This document shows positions 8,076 through 16,318 of a stretch of DNA of 35,489 nt, piece after piece. Every line of letters starts with the position of its first letter. Positions within the stretch are counted from its first letter, which is position 1. This DNA comes from a virus, in the IMG/VR virus record IMGVR_UViG_3300035051_000028, one strand, 5' to 3'. The notes below the pieces were generated by a model. It worked only from the letters and a program-made list of their open reading frames with translations, was not told the origin of the DNA and ran no database searches. The position numbers and the translations under genes were made by a program.

Positions 8076-8304
8076 ACAATGCTTCTAGCTTAAGGATTTT
8101 CACCTTGATGAGGATAGGCGTAGATTGACGCCTCGTTTTACTTCTAACTCTTAAGAGTTCTTTCTTGCTTTATATACTCAGCATGTTCTCTGGCAAGTTC
8201 TCACATCATCTGATTATGCTTTTCGCATAGACTAGAAACAAATGCCTTATTGCGTCCAATAAGATTTAATATCATACTATCAATTTACTTAGAAATTAAT
8301 TAAT

Positions 8305-9519
8305 TTACCACCACTTGTCGGAGTTGTTTCGAGCATCTTCAAGGCTGTATCTTAGAGCATCTATCATATGGTTATATTTATCTAAAATTATTGATGTTAC
8401 TTGTCCACTTGCTTTATCAACTTTGTAACTATAATATTTAGCTTCGTGTATTGTATTTGAGCATCGTGAATGTATTATGATTTTATCGAAGCTTCTTAGG
8501 TATGATACACCATCTTCAACACTACCCTTTCCTTTTTGAGATGGTACAACATTGAAGCCATTCTTTACCATATGAGCGATTGTCTCAGGTCGTGCGTTAT
8601 CTGCTTTAACTTGATGTTGTCTAACGAGCGGAACGGTATCCCATAATGCAGGAAGTGCATCTATATCGCTGCTTGTTATTCTATTCTCTGAATTATAAGG
8701 GCGGTCGTTTGCTTCGTAGTCTATGTATAAGCAGTTATTTCCATAATCTTTATGAGGGGCTATAAAACATCTAGTTAATGTGTTCGGGTCGTTAGAGAAG
8801 CCCCAGTCAGCACCGAAATAAAAATGAACATTATCGGGTGTATTAAAATCTTCTATGCACCATTTATTGTTAAGCACCTGTTCATCTGTATTCTTTTTGA
8901 GCTGTCCTTCCCAAATATGCAAGTATTTGTCAGGGTCGTTTTTCATCATTCTATTTTTTTGGTCTTCTAGCTCTTTTGGAAAGTATTTATTATCTTGCCA
9001 GTTTACTTTTATGACTATTGCGTTATCAGGTGGGTTTTCTATGAATGTAGTGTAAATTATATCATGTTCATATCTTGGATTGAAACTAATCCATATTTCA
9101 CTATCAGGCTTTCTTATAGTCGGGTCTAGTATTTCCCAACTCATTGCAGATATACTCTCAGCCTCTTCTATCCAGCAGATATCTACACCCTCGAATGATT
9201 TAATTTTAGATAGGTTTGTATAAAGCCCTTTGAATAAAAACTCACTTCCATTAGCGTGTCGTATCACATCATTTTGAACTATGTAACCTTGTAATTCTAA
9301 TAAATCTATTTGGTCTTTAAGTAATTTGTGTACTGAGTCTTTTATAGAGTCTTGTATTTCACGGGTACAAAGTATCCTCATCGGTTTTTGCATTGCTTTT
9401 AGTAGAAGTATTCTTGCAATAGTCCATGACTTACTTGATCCACGACCGCCGTATGCTATTTTATATCTCGCTTGTTGTGTAGCAAATGGTTTTAGTTTTT
9501 TATTTAGAGTGACTTTCAT
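8305..9519 (-). CDS. terL: Terminase large subunit
   Basis: Walker A motif YGGRGSSKSW and a C-terminal nuclease-type domain. I place the start at ATG 9519 (ATGA overlap with the terS stop), not at the GTG at 9525 used by the track. Confidence 0.88.
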   Translation of the reverse strand: MKVTLNKKLKPFATQQARYKIAYGGRGSSKSWTIARILLLKAMQKPMRILCTREIQDSIKDSVHKLLKDQIDLLELQGYIVQNDVIRHANGSEFLFKGLYTNLSKIKSFEGVDICWIEEAESISAMSWEILDPTIRKPDSEIWISFNPRYEHDIIYTTFIENPPDNAIVIKVNWQDNKYFPKELEDQKNRMMKNDPDKYLHIWEGQLKKNTDEQVLNNKWCIEDFNTPDNVHFYFGADWGFSNDPNTLTRCFIAPHKDYGNNCLYIDYEANDRPYNSENRITSSDIDALPALWDTVPLVRQHQVKADNARPETIAHMVKNGFNVVPSQKGKGSVEDGVSYLRSFDKIIIHSRCSNTIHEAKYYSYKVDKASGQVTSIILDKYNHMIDALRYSLEDARNNSDKWW

Positions 9520-9971
9520 TCCCACTCTATGACTATGTTGTTTTGAAGAGCATTTGTGTTTTGAATGTTTACTTGTGTGTTTGCTTCTTTACCTAGTACG
9601 CTGTCTTTATTTCGTGATGTTATTCTGCTGTGTGCTTCTAAGTCATTCATAGATATATTATCATTTAATTTCTTATTTGCAAGTGTTTGATTTTTTAATG
9701 CTGAATTTGTAAAAAATAATAAGTGCTTTGTTCTTTCGTTTATTGCAGCTTCAACAGCTGAAACTTCCTTGAAACTTTCTTGCAATAATTCCGCTCTCAT
9801 CGCACTTATGGTTGAAACTTTCTCTTTATGCTTAGGCTCTAAATCCTTAACCATTTTATTAACAGTTGTGTGACTTGTCTTGTATTTTTTTGCTAACTCA
9901 TTATTTGAATATTCTCCAGTATGGTAGTCGGCAAGTAAATCTTCTTTTTGTGTCTCAGTAAGTCTTGCCAT
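9516..9971 (-). CDS. terS: Terminase small subunit (N-terminal HTH)
   Basis: 151-aa ORF translationally coupled to terL. The HTH-like segment is YSNNELAKKYKTSHTTVNKMV. Confidence 0.6.
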   Translation of the reverse strand: MARLTETQKEDLLADYHTGEYSNNELAKKYKTSHTTVNKMVKDLEPKHKEKVSTISAMRAELLQESFKEVSAVEAAINERTKHLLFFTNSALKNQTLANKKLNDNISMNDLEAHSRITSRNKDSVLGKEANTQVNIQNTNALQNNIVIEWE

Positions 9972-10047
9972 TTATAATAACCTCATCTGGTTTTGGTTTC
10001 TTTGTATCATCAAGCCATACTGTTTTTTTATATTTTAGCTCCATCCC

Positions 10048-10311
10048 TTAAACCTCTCCCTCAAAATCAAAAAGCGTTAATCTCTTCTTATCCCATTCAC
10101 TCTTAAACTCTCTTAGCTTCCACATGGGCATATCATATAAAAAGTTTAGTTCTGTTTCTAAGTTGTGTAGCTTTGTCATTTCCAGCCATTCTAGGATATC
10201 ATCTCTGTTGTTAGTGCCATAGCAATATTGTATTATTGCGTCGGCTATCGCTTCTATATCGTCTATTATATCAAATAAGTCATAATAAATGTAGAGAAGC
10301 TCATCTCTCAC
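10048..10311 (-). CDS. Small, very acidic hypothetical protein; first gene of the late unit
   Basis: 87-aa ORF with 21 D/E against 9 K/R residues, counted by hand. Confidence 0.55.
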   Translation of the reverse strand: MRDELLYIYYDLFDIIDDIEAIADAIIQYCYGTNNRDDILEWLEMTKLHNLETELNFLYDMPMWKLREFKSEWDKKRLTLFDFEGEV

Positions 10312-10443
10312 ATTATCATCCTTTTTATTAACTTATACCAACCCGTAAAAGGACGAACAAAAACGGGCTGAGATAAATTAACTGTTCGCCTATAGGCTAG
10401 ACGGTAGCCATCTCTTGCTTCTCAATGGTAGCTGAGCAGTGAT

Positions 10444-10452
10444 ATTATAGCA
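10444..10452 (-). promoter_or_regulatory. Extended -10 promoter TGCTATAAT at the head of the late unit
   Basis: The reverse complement of attatagca is TGCTATAAT. It overlaps the stop of the HNH gene and is followed by a 130-nt leader before 10311. Confidence 0.45.
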
Positions 10453-10801
10453 TAGTTTTAATATATTCTTGACATATTTCATCTGCAAATTCATTCTGCA
10501 GCTCCATACCAAAAGTATCTCGCCATCTCTTCGGGTTTCCGTGTGGACTTAACTCTCCGTTTCTATGGTGTTCACTGCCGCATAAAGGTATCAGTCGCTT
10601 ATGATTCTTGTTGTCTGTGCTATGTAGCTTGACGTGATGCCACTCTATCGGGTCGTTTGGGTTTATCTTGCCACAAACAAAGCATTTATAGTCTTGATGT
10701 TGTAGCCACTCGAGATACTCTTTGTCTTCATCTGTAGTCTTCTTTTTGTTCTTACCGTTGTATTTCGGTTTGATACGATTTGCTTTTATTTTAGTTCTCA
10801 T
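10445..10801 (-). CDS. HNH nuclease, Ref/DUF968-like
   Basis: The motif CFVCG...EWHHV...IPLCGSEHHRNGELSPHG matches the Cys/His pattern of Ref-type HNH proteins. Confidence 0.6.
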   Translation of the reverse strand: MRTKIKANRIKPKYNGKNKKKTTDEDKEYLEWLQHQDYKCFVCGKINPNDPIEWHHVKLHSTDNKNHKRLIPLCGSEHHRNGELSPHGNPKRWRDTFGMELQNEFADEICQEYIKTML

Positions 10802-11174
10802 AAATTTCTACTTTCACACCATTAAAAGCAGCATATTGCTTTCTTGCTTGAATCATGCACACTTGACTATCGTCATTAAATGCTACTCCATTAAGCGCAT
10901 CTAGTATGCTCTTTACTAAATTATCTATATCGGGCTTAGAAGTATGCCATTTAGCATTTTCTTTTTTCTTTTTACTCCAACTCTTAGGAATTTCATAAAA
11001 AAATTCTATTTTCATACTTACTGGAGTAGTTATAGGATTTTTAAATCTTGTCTTAGCCAATAATTTTAATCCATTTTTCCACTCTGTATAATCTTCATTG
11101 TTGTATGTCCCATTTCTTGTTACTCGTGGTCTTGGTGCTGGTTTTGGTCTAGCTGGGTAGTATATATTAATCAT
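10791..11174 (-). CDS. rusA: Holliday junction resolvase RusA
   Basis: 127-aa ORF with the motif SKPDIDNLVKSILDALNGVAFNDDSQV. Confidence 0.85.
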   Translation of the reverse strand: MINIYYPARPKPAPRPRVTRNGTYNNEDYTEWKNGLKLLAKTRFKNPITTPVSMKIEFFYEIPKSWSKKKKENAKWHTSKPDIDNLVKSILDALNGVAFNDDSQVCMIQARKQYAAFNGVKVEIYEN

Positions 11175-11398
11175 CTTATCTCCCTATCATCTTTTTTCCT
11201 TTTATTAAAATAGCGTCTCACCGCATAGCCTCTAATTATTGAAGCGACTGTGTATATCGTTGTTATCTGTAAACTTACGCTGTGTGACTGTTCCACTCCG
11301 TAAAGAGGCAGTACGGTATAGCTTAGTATGTATGAAACGATAAAGCCTATAAAAGTGCTTGTGTTTGCCTCTAAAAAGCTTTCTAGTTTAGTTTGCAT
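11171..11398 (-). CDS. Small membrane protein
   Basis: 75-aa ORF with two hydrophobic segments and a basic C-terminus. Confidence 0.5.
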   Translation of the reverse strand: MQTKLESFLEANTSTFIGFIVSYILSYTVLPLYGVEQSHSVSLQITTIYTVASIIRGYAVRRYFNKRKKDDREIR

Positions 11399-12197
11399 TT
11401 AACATCTCTTTATTCGCTTTTTTGTACATATCTCTTGAGATTTCGAAGCCATAACAGTGTCTGCCTAGCTCCCCACTTGCTCTTAGTGTTGAAGCACTAC
11501 CAGCACAAGGGTCTATTATAACATCGCCCTCATCTGTAAAGATTCTTATTATCTCAGACAAAACAGCTATTGGTTTTTGGGTAGGGTGTATTTTTGGATA
11601 TCTGTTTCCGTCTTTTTTCCACTTGAACCAATTTAGAACCATCTTCCCGTGATTGTTAAACTTTGGAAGCTTTTCTCTATACAAAACAACTGCATATTCA
11701 GAAGCTCCAACTATTTTCATATTTGCCTTTAGTACCTGAGAAGAACTGTCTTTTATAAAAAGTAATGGAAAACTGTTTTTAAAACCGTGTTTTTTCCCAT
11801 ACTCAATAACCATATGCATTTGTTCAAAAGCACAAAAAACTATCATTGCAGGTGCTTTGCCTGTCTCTTTAGGCTCTGGCTTTAAAAGTCTGCTACAAAA
11901 ATGCATATACTCAGCAATATTGAAATTATAATCAGATCCAAAAAAAGCTTTATTTGCTTTTGTGCTTTCCCCGTTCTTGTTATCCCCGCCATTATACCAC
12001 TCAGGGCTTGAGGCATAAGCATTGTTGCCTAGATTGTACGGTATATCTGCGATAATTAACTGAGCCTTTGGTATGTTATACCTCTTAAAGTTTTGAAAAT
12101 TATCATTATAAAATTCAATCCTTATATCTTCTCGCATTGTTAAGCTTCCAGCTGCTAGTGAGTTTTTAGCTTTTCTTTTTTCTGCTACTAATTCCAC
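11388..12197 (-). CDS. DNA methyltransferase (N6_N4 type, beta-class motif order), orphan
   Basis: Motif IV-like IADIPYN comes first. Motif I VIIDPCAGSASTL...GRHCYGFEIS lies near the C-terminus. The start is GTG. No adjacent restriction gene was found. Confidence 0.8.
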   Translation of the reverse strand: MELVAEKRKAKNSLAAGSLTMREDIRIEFYNDNFQNFKRYNIPKAQLIIADIPYNLGNNAYASSPEWYNGGDNKNGESTKANKAFFGSDYNFNIAEYMHFCSRLLKPEPKETGKAPAMIVFCAFEQMHMVIEYGKKHGFKNSFPLLFIKDSSSQVLKANMKIVGASEYAVVLYREKLPKFNNHGKMVLNWFKWKKDGNRYPKIHPTQKPIAVLSEIIRIFTDEGDVIIDPCAGSASTLRASGELGRHCYGFEISRDMYKKANKEMLNAN

Positions 12198-12198
12198 A

Positions 12199-12318
12199 TT
12201 ACACCTCTACATCCAACGCATATCTTCTAACAATAAGTTGATGAAGCTCTGTTAGTTCGTTTTGGCTCAGTTGGTTGAGCAGCTTTTGTATTTTTGTTTT
12301 TATTTTACTTCTTTGCAT
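12199..12318 (-). CDS. 39-aa hypothetical protein (absent from the ORF track)
   Basis: ATG preceded by AAGGAG at a 7-nt spacing. Its stop abuts the methyltransferase start. Confidence 0.4.
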   Translation of the reverse strand: MQRSKIKTKIQKLLNQLSQNELTELHQLIVRRYALDVEV

Positions 12319-12354
12319 TTTAACTCCTTGCCATTATTTTATCAGAACTGGAAA

Positions 12355-12549
12355 CTAATATCCTTGATATATATCAAGAGTTTTAAAGTATTCTCTAATT
12401 TTATCGCTAATCGTCCCGACCTCAACCACTTTGTTATCTTCGCACTTTTTACAAGTATGGCGATGTCCGTCTCTTGACTTGTAGTTTTCTCTAAACTGAT
12501 AGAACCTCTTCTGCTTTTTGCAGAATTTGCAGGTTTTGCAGTTTGTCAT
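12355..12549 (-). CDS. Zinc-finger protein (CxxC-x22-CxxC)
   Basis: 64-aa ORF with C7..C10 and C33..C36. The spacing resembles Ogr/Delta-type late activators. Confidence 0.5.
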   Translation of the reverse strand: MTNCKTCKFCKKQKRFYQFRENYKSRDGHRHTCKKCEDNKVVEVGTISDKIREYFKTLDIYQGY

Positions 12550-12604
12550 TTTTTCAACATCTTTTCAACTTCATAGCTTATCGCTGGTTGGTTGCTGTAT
12601 TTTG

Positions 12605-13552
12605 TCATATTGTTATCCCTACATATCCAGCTACTATTGATACCGCTGTTTTAAAATCTACATTATTTGCTTCTTGTACAAATCCTATCACATCTGTACT
12701 AAGGTCTGATCCAAAATCTTTTATCAGTAAATCAGGAGATATACTCGCAGATGGTGTTTTTTCATTATGTCGATATTTAAACATAAACTTTCTATTAACT
12801 TCATATCCGGACGCTGAAACTATATCTGCAACCAATTCTCTCGTTAAACGGTTTTTTATATCTTGGATAGGTAAGTCGTTCCTTATATTGATATTATGCG
12901 AAATAGGTGCTTTAAAAATAGTTTTTTGCTGTGGTTTATCTACCATCTTTGCGCGCTCTAATCTTTTAAATGTTTCTATAACCTCATTACAGTTAAAAAA
13001 ATTGCCTTTGTTGTAAAAATATTCAGCTCCAAAGAACCCTAAAAAAGCACCTGTTTTTGTGTTTACTTGTTTGTCTATAAATGGATATTTTTTTTCTATC
13101 ATTCTCATAAAATTAAAATACTCATCGTCTTTTGGTATATTGTTGCTTGGAATGATTATTCTAAATCTATCACACTTTAAACCTTTTTTATCTATCTGAT
13201 GTGACTTTGTTGTAGCTAAAAGATACTCATAAGACTTAAATTGTTTTTTGGCTTCTTGGATAGTTAAACCATTATCAATATCTAGGATTATTAAATCTTG
13301 ATATTCATTACTCCAATTCTCACTTTTTTTAATCCCATCTTTGAAAGTAAATGGCGAATACTGACGATAATCTGATTTAACAATGTCTATTAGCTTACTA
13401 AACTCTATGTTTATATTTTTGTAAAGTGGCTCGGCGGTTAAGAACATATTTTTGGATAGTTTACTATTGTTCCATTTTTCTAAATTTAATTCTTTTCCAT
13501 TTACTCCTTGAAATTCCAAAGGTACTTCAAGATAAGAAATATTTACTTGCAT
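12605..13552 (-). CDS. Primase-like replication protein
   Basis: 315-aa ORF with an acidic LIILDIDNG motif. The C-terminal segment EKTPSASISPD..IKDFGSD..DVIGFV resembles a cysteine-less DnaG zinc-finger region. It lies next to an AAA_25 ATPase gene. Confidence 0.5.
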   Translation of the reverse strand: MQVNISYLEVPLEFQGVNGKELNLEKWNNSKLSKNMFLTAEPLYKNINIEFSKLIDIVKSDYRQYSPFTFKDGIKKSENWSNEYQDLIILDIDNGLTIQEAKKQFKSYEYLLATTKSHQIDKKGLKCDRFRIIIPSNNIPKDDEYFNFMRMIEKKYPFIDKQVNTKTGAFLGFFGAEYFYNKGNFFNCNEVIETFKRLERAKMVDKPQQKTIFKAPISHNINIRNDLPIQDIKNRLTRELVADIVSASGYEVNRKFMFKYRHNEKTPSASISPDLLIKDFGSDLSTDVIGFVQEANNVDFKTAVSIVAGYVGITI

Positions 13553-14361
13553 TATAAAACTCCCATTTCTATTTTGTCTTGATATATTGTTTCTTGCACT
13601 TTTATTATTTTAGGCATTACTTTTAGCATTATTTCGTCACTTCCATCAGTCATTTGCCATAAATGTTTTCTAATGCCCCAGTTGTCTTTTTTAAGTCTTG
13701 CGACTCTAAAGCCCTCTTTTGTTAATGCTTCATTTGGAGTATCATCATCATTAAGAGGTATTGTTAATTCATATCTTGCTCTAACCCCATCGTGGAATGC
13801 TGTGGCTCCTCGGCTCGCTCCGTCTTTGTTTGCGTGATGAATTATCAAACTTGTTATTTCTGCTTTTTTTGCCCACTCTGCAAAAGTTTGAATAAATACT
13901 CTTGCCTCACTATTATCATTTTCGTTTCCGCCATAAAAAGCAAGTAATGGGTCAAAGACCGCAAATTTAACATTATTCAAAATTAGAGTTTCGCCTATTT
14001 TATTTATCTCTTCATAATTGGCTTTAAATATTCCGTTCTCTCTTTTTGCTAGTTGTGGAGGCTCATTTATAATCAACATCATTTTTGTTAATGATGATTC
14101 TTTTGTAAGTCCATTTTTTTCCATTTCGTCAAAAGTTGCTCTTACTTGCCCTGGATAATCCTCTGTTAGCCATAGGGCTACGATTTCATCAGTTTCTTGA
14201 ATGTGTTTGTCTGCCATTATTAAACTAAGTCTTGTTTTACCCATCCCGCCACTTGCACTTAGTAGGGTTACTGCATTCTTAGGAATAGGCATAAACTTTT
14301 TTAAGATAAAATTTGCTTCTATTGCTTTTACTTCCGATAAAAATTGATATTTTAGGCTCAT
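13552..14361 (-). CDS. RecA-fold AAA_25 / RepA-like replicative ATPase
   Basis: Walker A SASGGMGKT, Walker B FAVFDPL and the motif IIHHANKDG. Confidence 0.7.
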   Translation of the reverse strand: MSLKYQFLSEVKAIEANFILKKFMPIPKNAVTLLSASGGMGKTRLSLIMADKHIQETDEIVALWLTEDYPGQVRATFDEMEKNGLTKESSLTKMMLIINEPPQLAKRENGIFKANYEEINKIGETLILNNVKFAVFDPLLAFYGGNENDNSEARVFIQTFAEWAKKAEITSLIIHHANKDGASRGATAFHDGVRARYELTIPLNDDDTPNEALTKEGFRVARLKKDNWGIRKHLWQMTDGSDEIMLKVMPKIIKVQETIYQDKIEMGVL

Positions 14362-15014
14362 ATTAAAGACTCCTTTTGTTTCTTGCCTTTATACTTATCT
14401 TCTAAAACTTTTACTAAGTTAGTATCATTCTCTATTAGCCAATCAAAACTAAAAAAAGAACCATTAAGCAGGAAGTCACTCTCTTTTGCTTTTATTATTC
14501 CTAATTCAAACACTCTTTTAAAGTCTTGAAAGTCTTTATGTCTGGCTTGTATCTTATTTCTTCTTTTATCTGTTATCTTTAACACTTTGCTTTTATTGTA
14601 TTTTTCACAAAAGCTATTCCATTCATTTATAAAGAAGTCATAATCAATATATGTTTTTTTATCTGGTTTATTATATGGTATAGGTTGGCTGTTTTCTACA
14701 TCTCCATTGGTTAAAACCTCCAACTCGAGTATGCAGTACCACTTAGTCCTATCGTATTTATTAGCATTATGCTCTCCAGACATAATATACCCATTCTCTT
14801 CTAGTGTTTTTAAAGCATTTTTTATTTGAGTTTCTCCAAGATATGGAAATAGCTCTTTCCAAGCTTTAACGCTGTTATATGTCCAGTAGTTGCCGTCAAT
14901 AAAGTTTTTATTGTTTGCTTTATTTTTACTACACCAGAACTCTAAATTTTTATAAATAATTGCACAATTAACATTTAGTTTTTTTGCCAAGTCTATATCA
15001 AAGTGATGCTCCAT
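14358..15014 (-). CDS. Replication initiator / organiser-like winged-helix protein
   Basis: 218-aa ORF. The N-terminal motif is WTYNSVKAWKELFPYLGETQIKNALKTLEENGYI...YDRTKWY. It is the first gene of the replication block and lies next to a repeat-rich region. Confidence 0.5.
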   Translation of the reverse strand: MEHHFDIDLAKKLNVNCAIIYKNLEFWCSKNKANNKNFIDGNYWTYNSVKAWKELFPYLGETQIKNALKTLEENGYIMSGEHNANKYDRTKWYCILELEVLTNGDVENSQPIPYNKPDKKTYIDYDFFINEWNSFCEKYNKSKVLKITDKRRNKIQARHKDFQDFKRVFELGIIKAKESDFLLNGSFFSFDWLIENDTNLVKVLEDKYKGKKQKESLI

Positions 15015-15060
15015 TATATCCCCTTTATTTTACAGAGAATATTAACTAGTATATTTTTGA

Positions 15061-15303
15061 TTAACGGAAAATTGTCCGTAACTCTCATAAGCCATTTTGT
15101 CATTTTAGTAACCTTTTAGTTACCGCTGTTTGTAATTTTAAGTAGATTTGAAAGATATGAAGAGTAGCGGGGTTCTTCAACAAATAATACTTAACCAAGC
15201 CAAGCGACCCCGCTAAGAGTTATTTGACTTGACTTGATTAAAAATTAATTGTCTATATCTTTATCAGCGTTAGAAAGATATTATCTCTCAATCGCTGTTT
15301 GTA
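15061..15303. promoter_or_regulatory. Repeat-rich non-coding region; candidate origin or operator cluster
   Basis: Contains a palindrome TTAACGGA-n6-TCCGTAAC and tandem TTTAGTAACC/TTTAGTTACC. A 9-bp GC-rich inverted repeat lies at 15165-73/15207-15. TTGAC is tandemly repeated. An 8-bp inverted repeat lies at 15255-62/15274-81. The 11-mer CGCTGTTTGTA occurs at 15124 and 15293. Confidence 0.4.
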
Positions 15304-15324
15304 TTATAGCATAAAAGAGTTAAA

Positions 15325-15501
15325 TTACTCTACGACCTCATAAAATTTATCTAATGTTCCATAGTGGATATGATGGGATTTTTGATTTTTATTTAAAGGG
15401 CGTGTAGTGTAGTGACCATTTCCGCCCATCTTTGAAACAATTTCTATTTTTTTGTCACTTGTTTTTGATTTAAGAATTGTTCCTTTTTTATACTTAGTCA
15501 T
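15325..15501 (-). CDS. 58-aa hypothetical protein (absent from the ORF track)
   Basis: ATG at 15501 lies 2 nt downstream of the preceding gene. The frame is open to the TAA at 15325. Confidence 0.4.
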   Translation of the reverse strand: MTKYKKGTILKSKTSDKKIEIVSKMGGNGHYTTRPLNKNQKSHHIHYGTLDKFYEVVE

Positions 15502-15503
15502 TT

Positions 15504-15740
15504 CTATGCCTCTTGTTCACTCAGTCTATACTCAGCAATATAACTGCCATTGTCAATATTAACTTGCTTTGACTCGATATTGCAGCCGAATCTTTTTAAA
15601 TCGCTTATGCGTGAGCGTAAATTCATACCCCACCCATTTTGAGCGGCTTGTAAGCAAGTAAGACTTTTGCCTGTTTGAAGATATGCTAAAATCTTGCTGT
15701 TTTGTGAGTCTGTTTTGAAACTTTTAATTTTTCCTTGCAT
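15504..15740 (-). CDS. Helix-turn-helix DNA-binding protein
   Basis: The start is placed at the internal MQGKIK to avoid overlapping the upstream gene. The motif SLTCLQAAQNGWGMNLRSRISDLKRFGCNI is a typical winged-HTH pattern. Confidence 0.55.
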   Translation of the reverse strand: MQGKIKSFKTDSQNSKILAYLQTGKSLTCLQAAQNGWGMNLRSRISDLKRFGCNIESKQVNIDNGSYIAEYRLSEQEA

Positions 15741-15741
15741 T

Positions 15742-16056
15742 TTAGTTCTCTTCAATAATAATTTTTTGATTTTTAACAATACTTTTTATCATCCACTCAT
15801 AACCCATAAAACCTCTTGACATTTTTCTATATTGTGTTGCAGTTTTGTTGTTAATTAATTCTACTTTTATTGAAGCACCCCACCCATCACCAAAATTATA
15901 GTAAAACGATTTATCTACAATGTTACAGAGATTATCTTTTTTATATTCAGCTTCTTTAAACTTCTGAATATTACAATAAAAATTACTTTCTCCGCTAAAT
16001 TTTCCATTCCATGACCCACAATTTGGCATACTTATTATAAATGCTAATATTTTCAT
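15742..16056 (-). CDS. Hypothetical protein
   Basis: 104-aa ORF tightly packed in the left-early operon. Confidence 0.55.
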   Translation of the reverse strand: MKILAFIISMPNCGSWNGKFSGESNFYCNIQKFKEAEYKKDNLCNIVDKSFYYNFGDGWGASIKVELINNKTATQYRKMSRGFMGYEWMIKSIVKNQKIIIEEN

Positions 16057-16205
16057 TATTTACTCTTTTTATTTTTACTATCTTTTAAAATTAAAGTGCT
16101 TATATAGTGAGAGCGGTTTTGTATCTCAACTCTCTCTTTTGTTGCACTATCTGCCAGTTTTATAATTTCTTCATCTAAAGAAAGTGTTATTATTTTCTTT
16201 GCCAT
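16056..16205 (-). CDS. Ribbon-helix-helix protein; first gene of the left-early operon and a candidate switch regulator
   Basis: The start is placed at MAKKIITLSLDEE, with AAGGA upstream. The fold pattern is a beta-strand followed by two helices. Confidence 0.55.
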   Translation of the reverse strand: MAKKIITLSLDEEIIKLADSATKERVEIQNRSHYISTLILKDSKNKKSK

Positions 16206-16242
16206 TTCGTTCCTTTTTTTAATTGATTTAAAGAATGATAAC

Positions 16243-16248
16243 ATTATA
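16243..16248 (-). promoter_or_regulatory. Candidate leftward early promoter -10 (TATAAT)
   Basis: The reverse complement of attata is TATAAT, about 38 nt upstream of the RHH start. Confidence 0.35.
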
Positions 16249-16304
16249 TTTATTAAACTAATCTTATTTAAACTTTATACATAGATTAATAATGCTTTAA
16301 GAAA

Positions 16305-16318
16305 TGTTATATTATAAT
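16305..16318 (+). promoter_or_regulatory. Candidate rightward early promoter (TGtTATATT overlapping TATAAT)
   Basis: TGTTATATTATAAT was read directly. It lies back to back with the leftward -10. Confidence 0.45.

Noticed and set aside
8076-8304. A second tRNA or a tmRNA-like gene next to tRNA-Ser
   Set aside because: I found no acceptor-stem/T-arm combination and no TTCNANT loop in a suitable context on either strand. Only isolated hairpins are present.
9955-10044. 29-aa minus-strand ORF (MELKYKKTVWLDDTKKPKPDEVIINGKTY) between the acidic protein gene and terS
   Set aside because: It is plausibly translated, since it is coupled at both ends. It is too short and featureless to support as a feature without conservation or Ribo-seq data.
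12543-13016. 157-aa plus-strand ORF antisense to the primase-like gene
   Set aside because: It lies antisense inside a gene with recognisable motifs and operon coupling, and it has no Shine-Dalgarno sequence. Its composition is typical of a shadow ORF.
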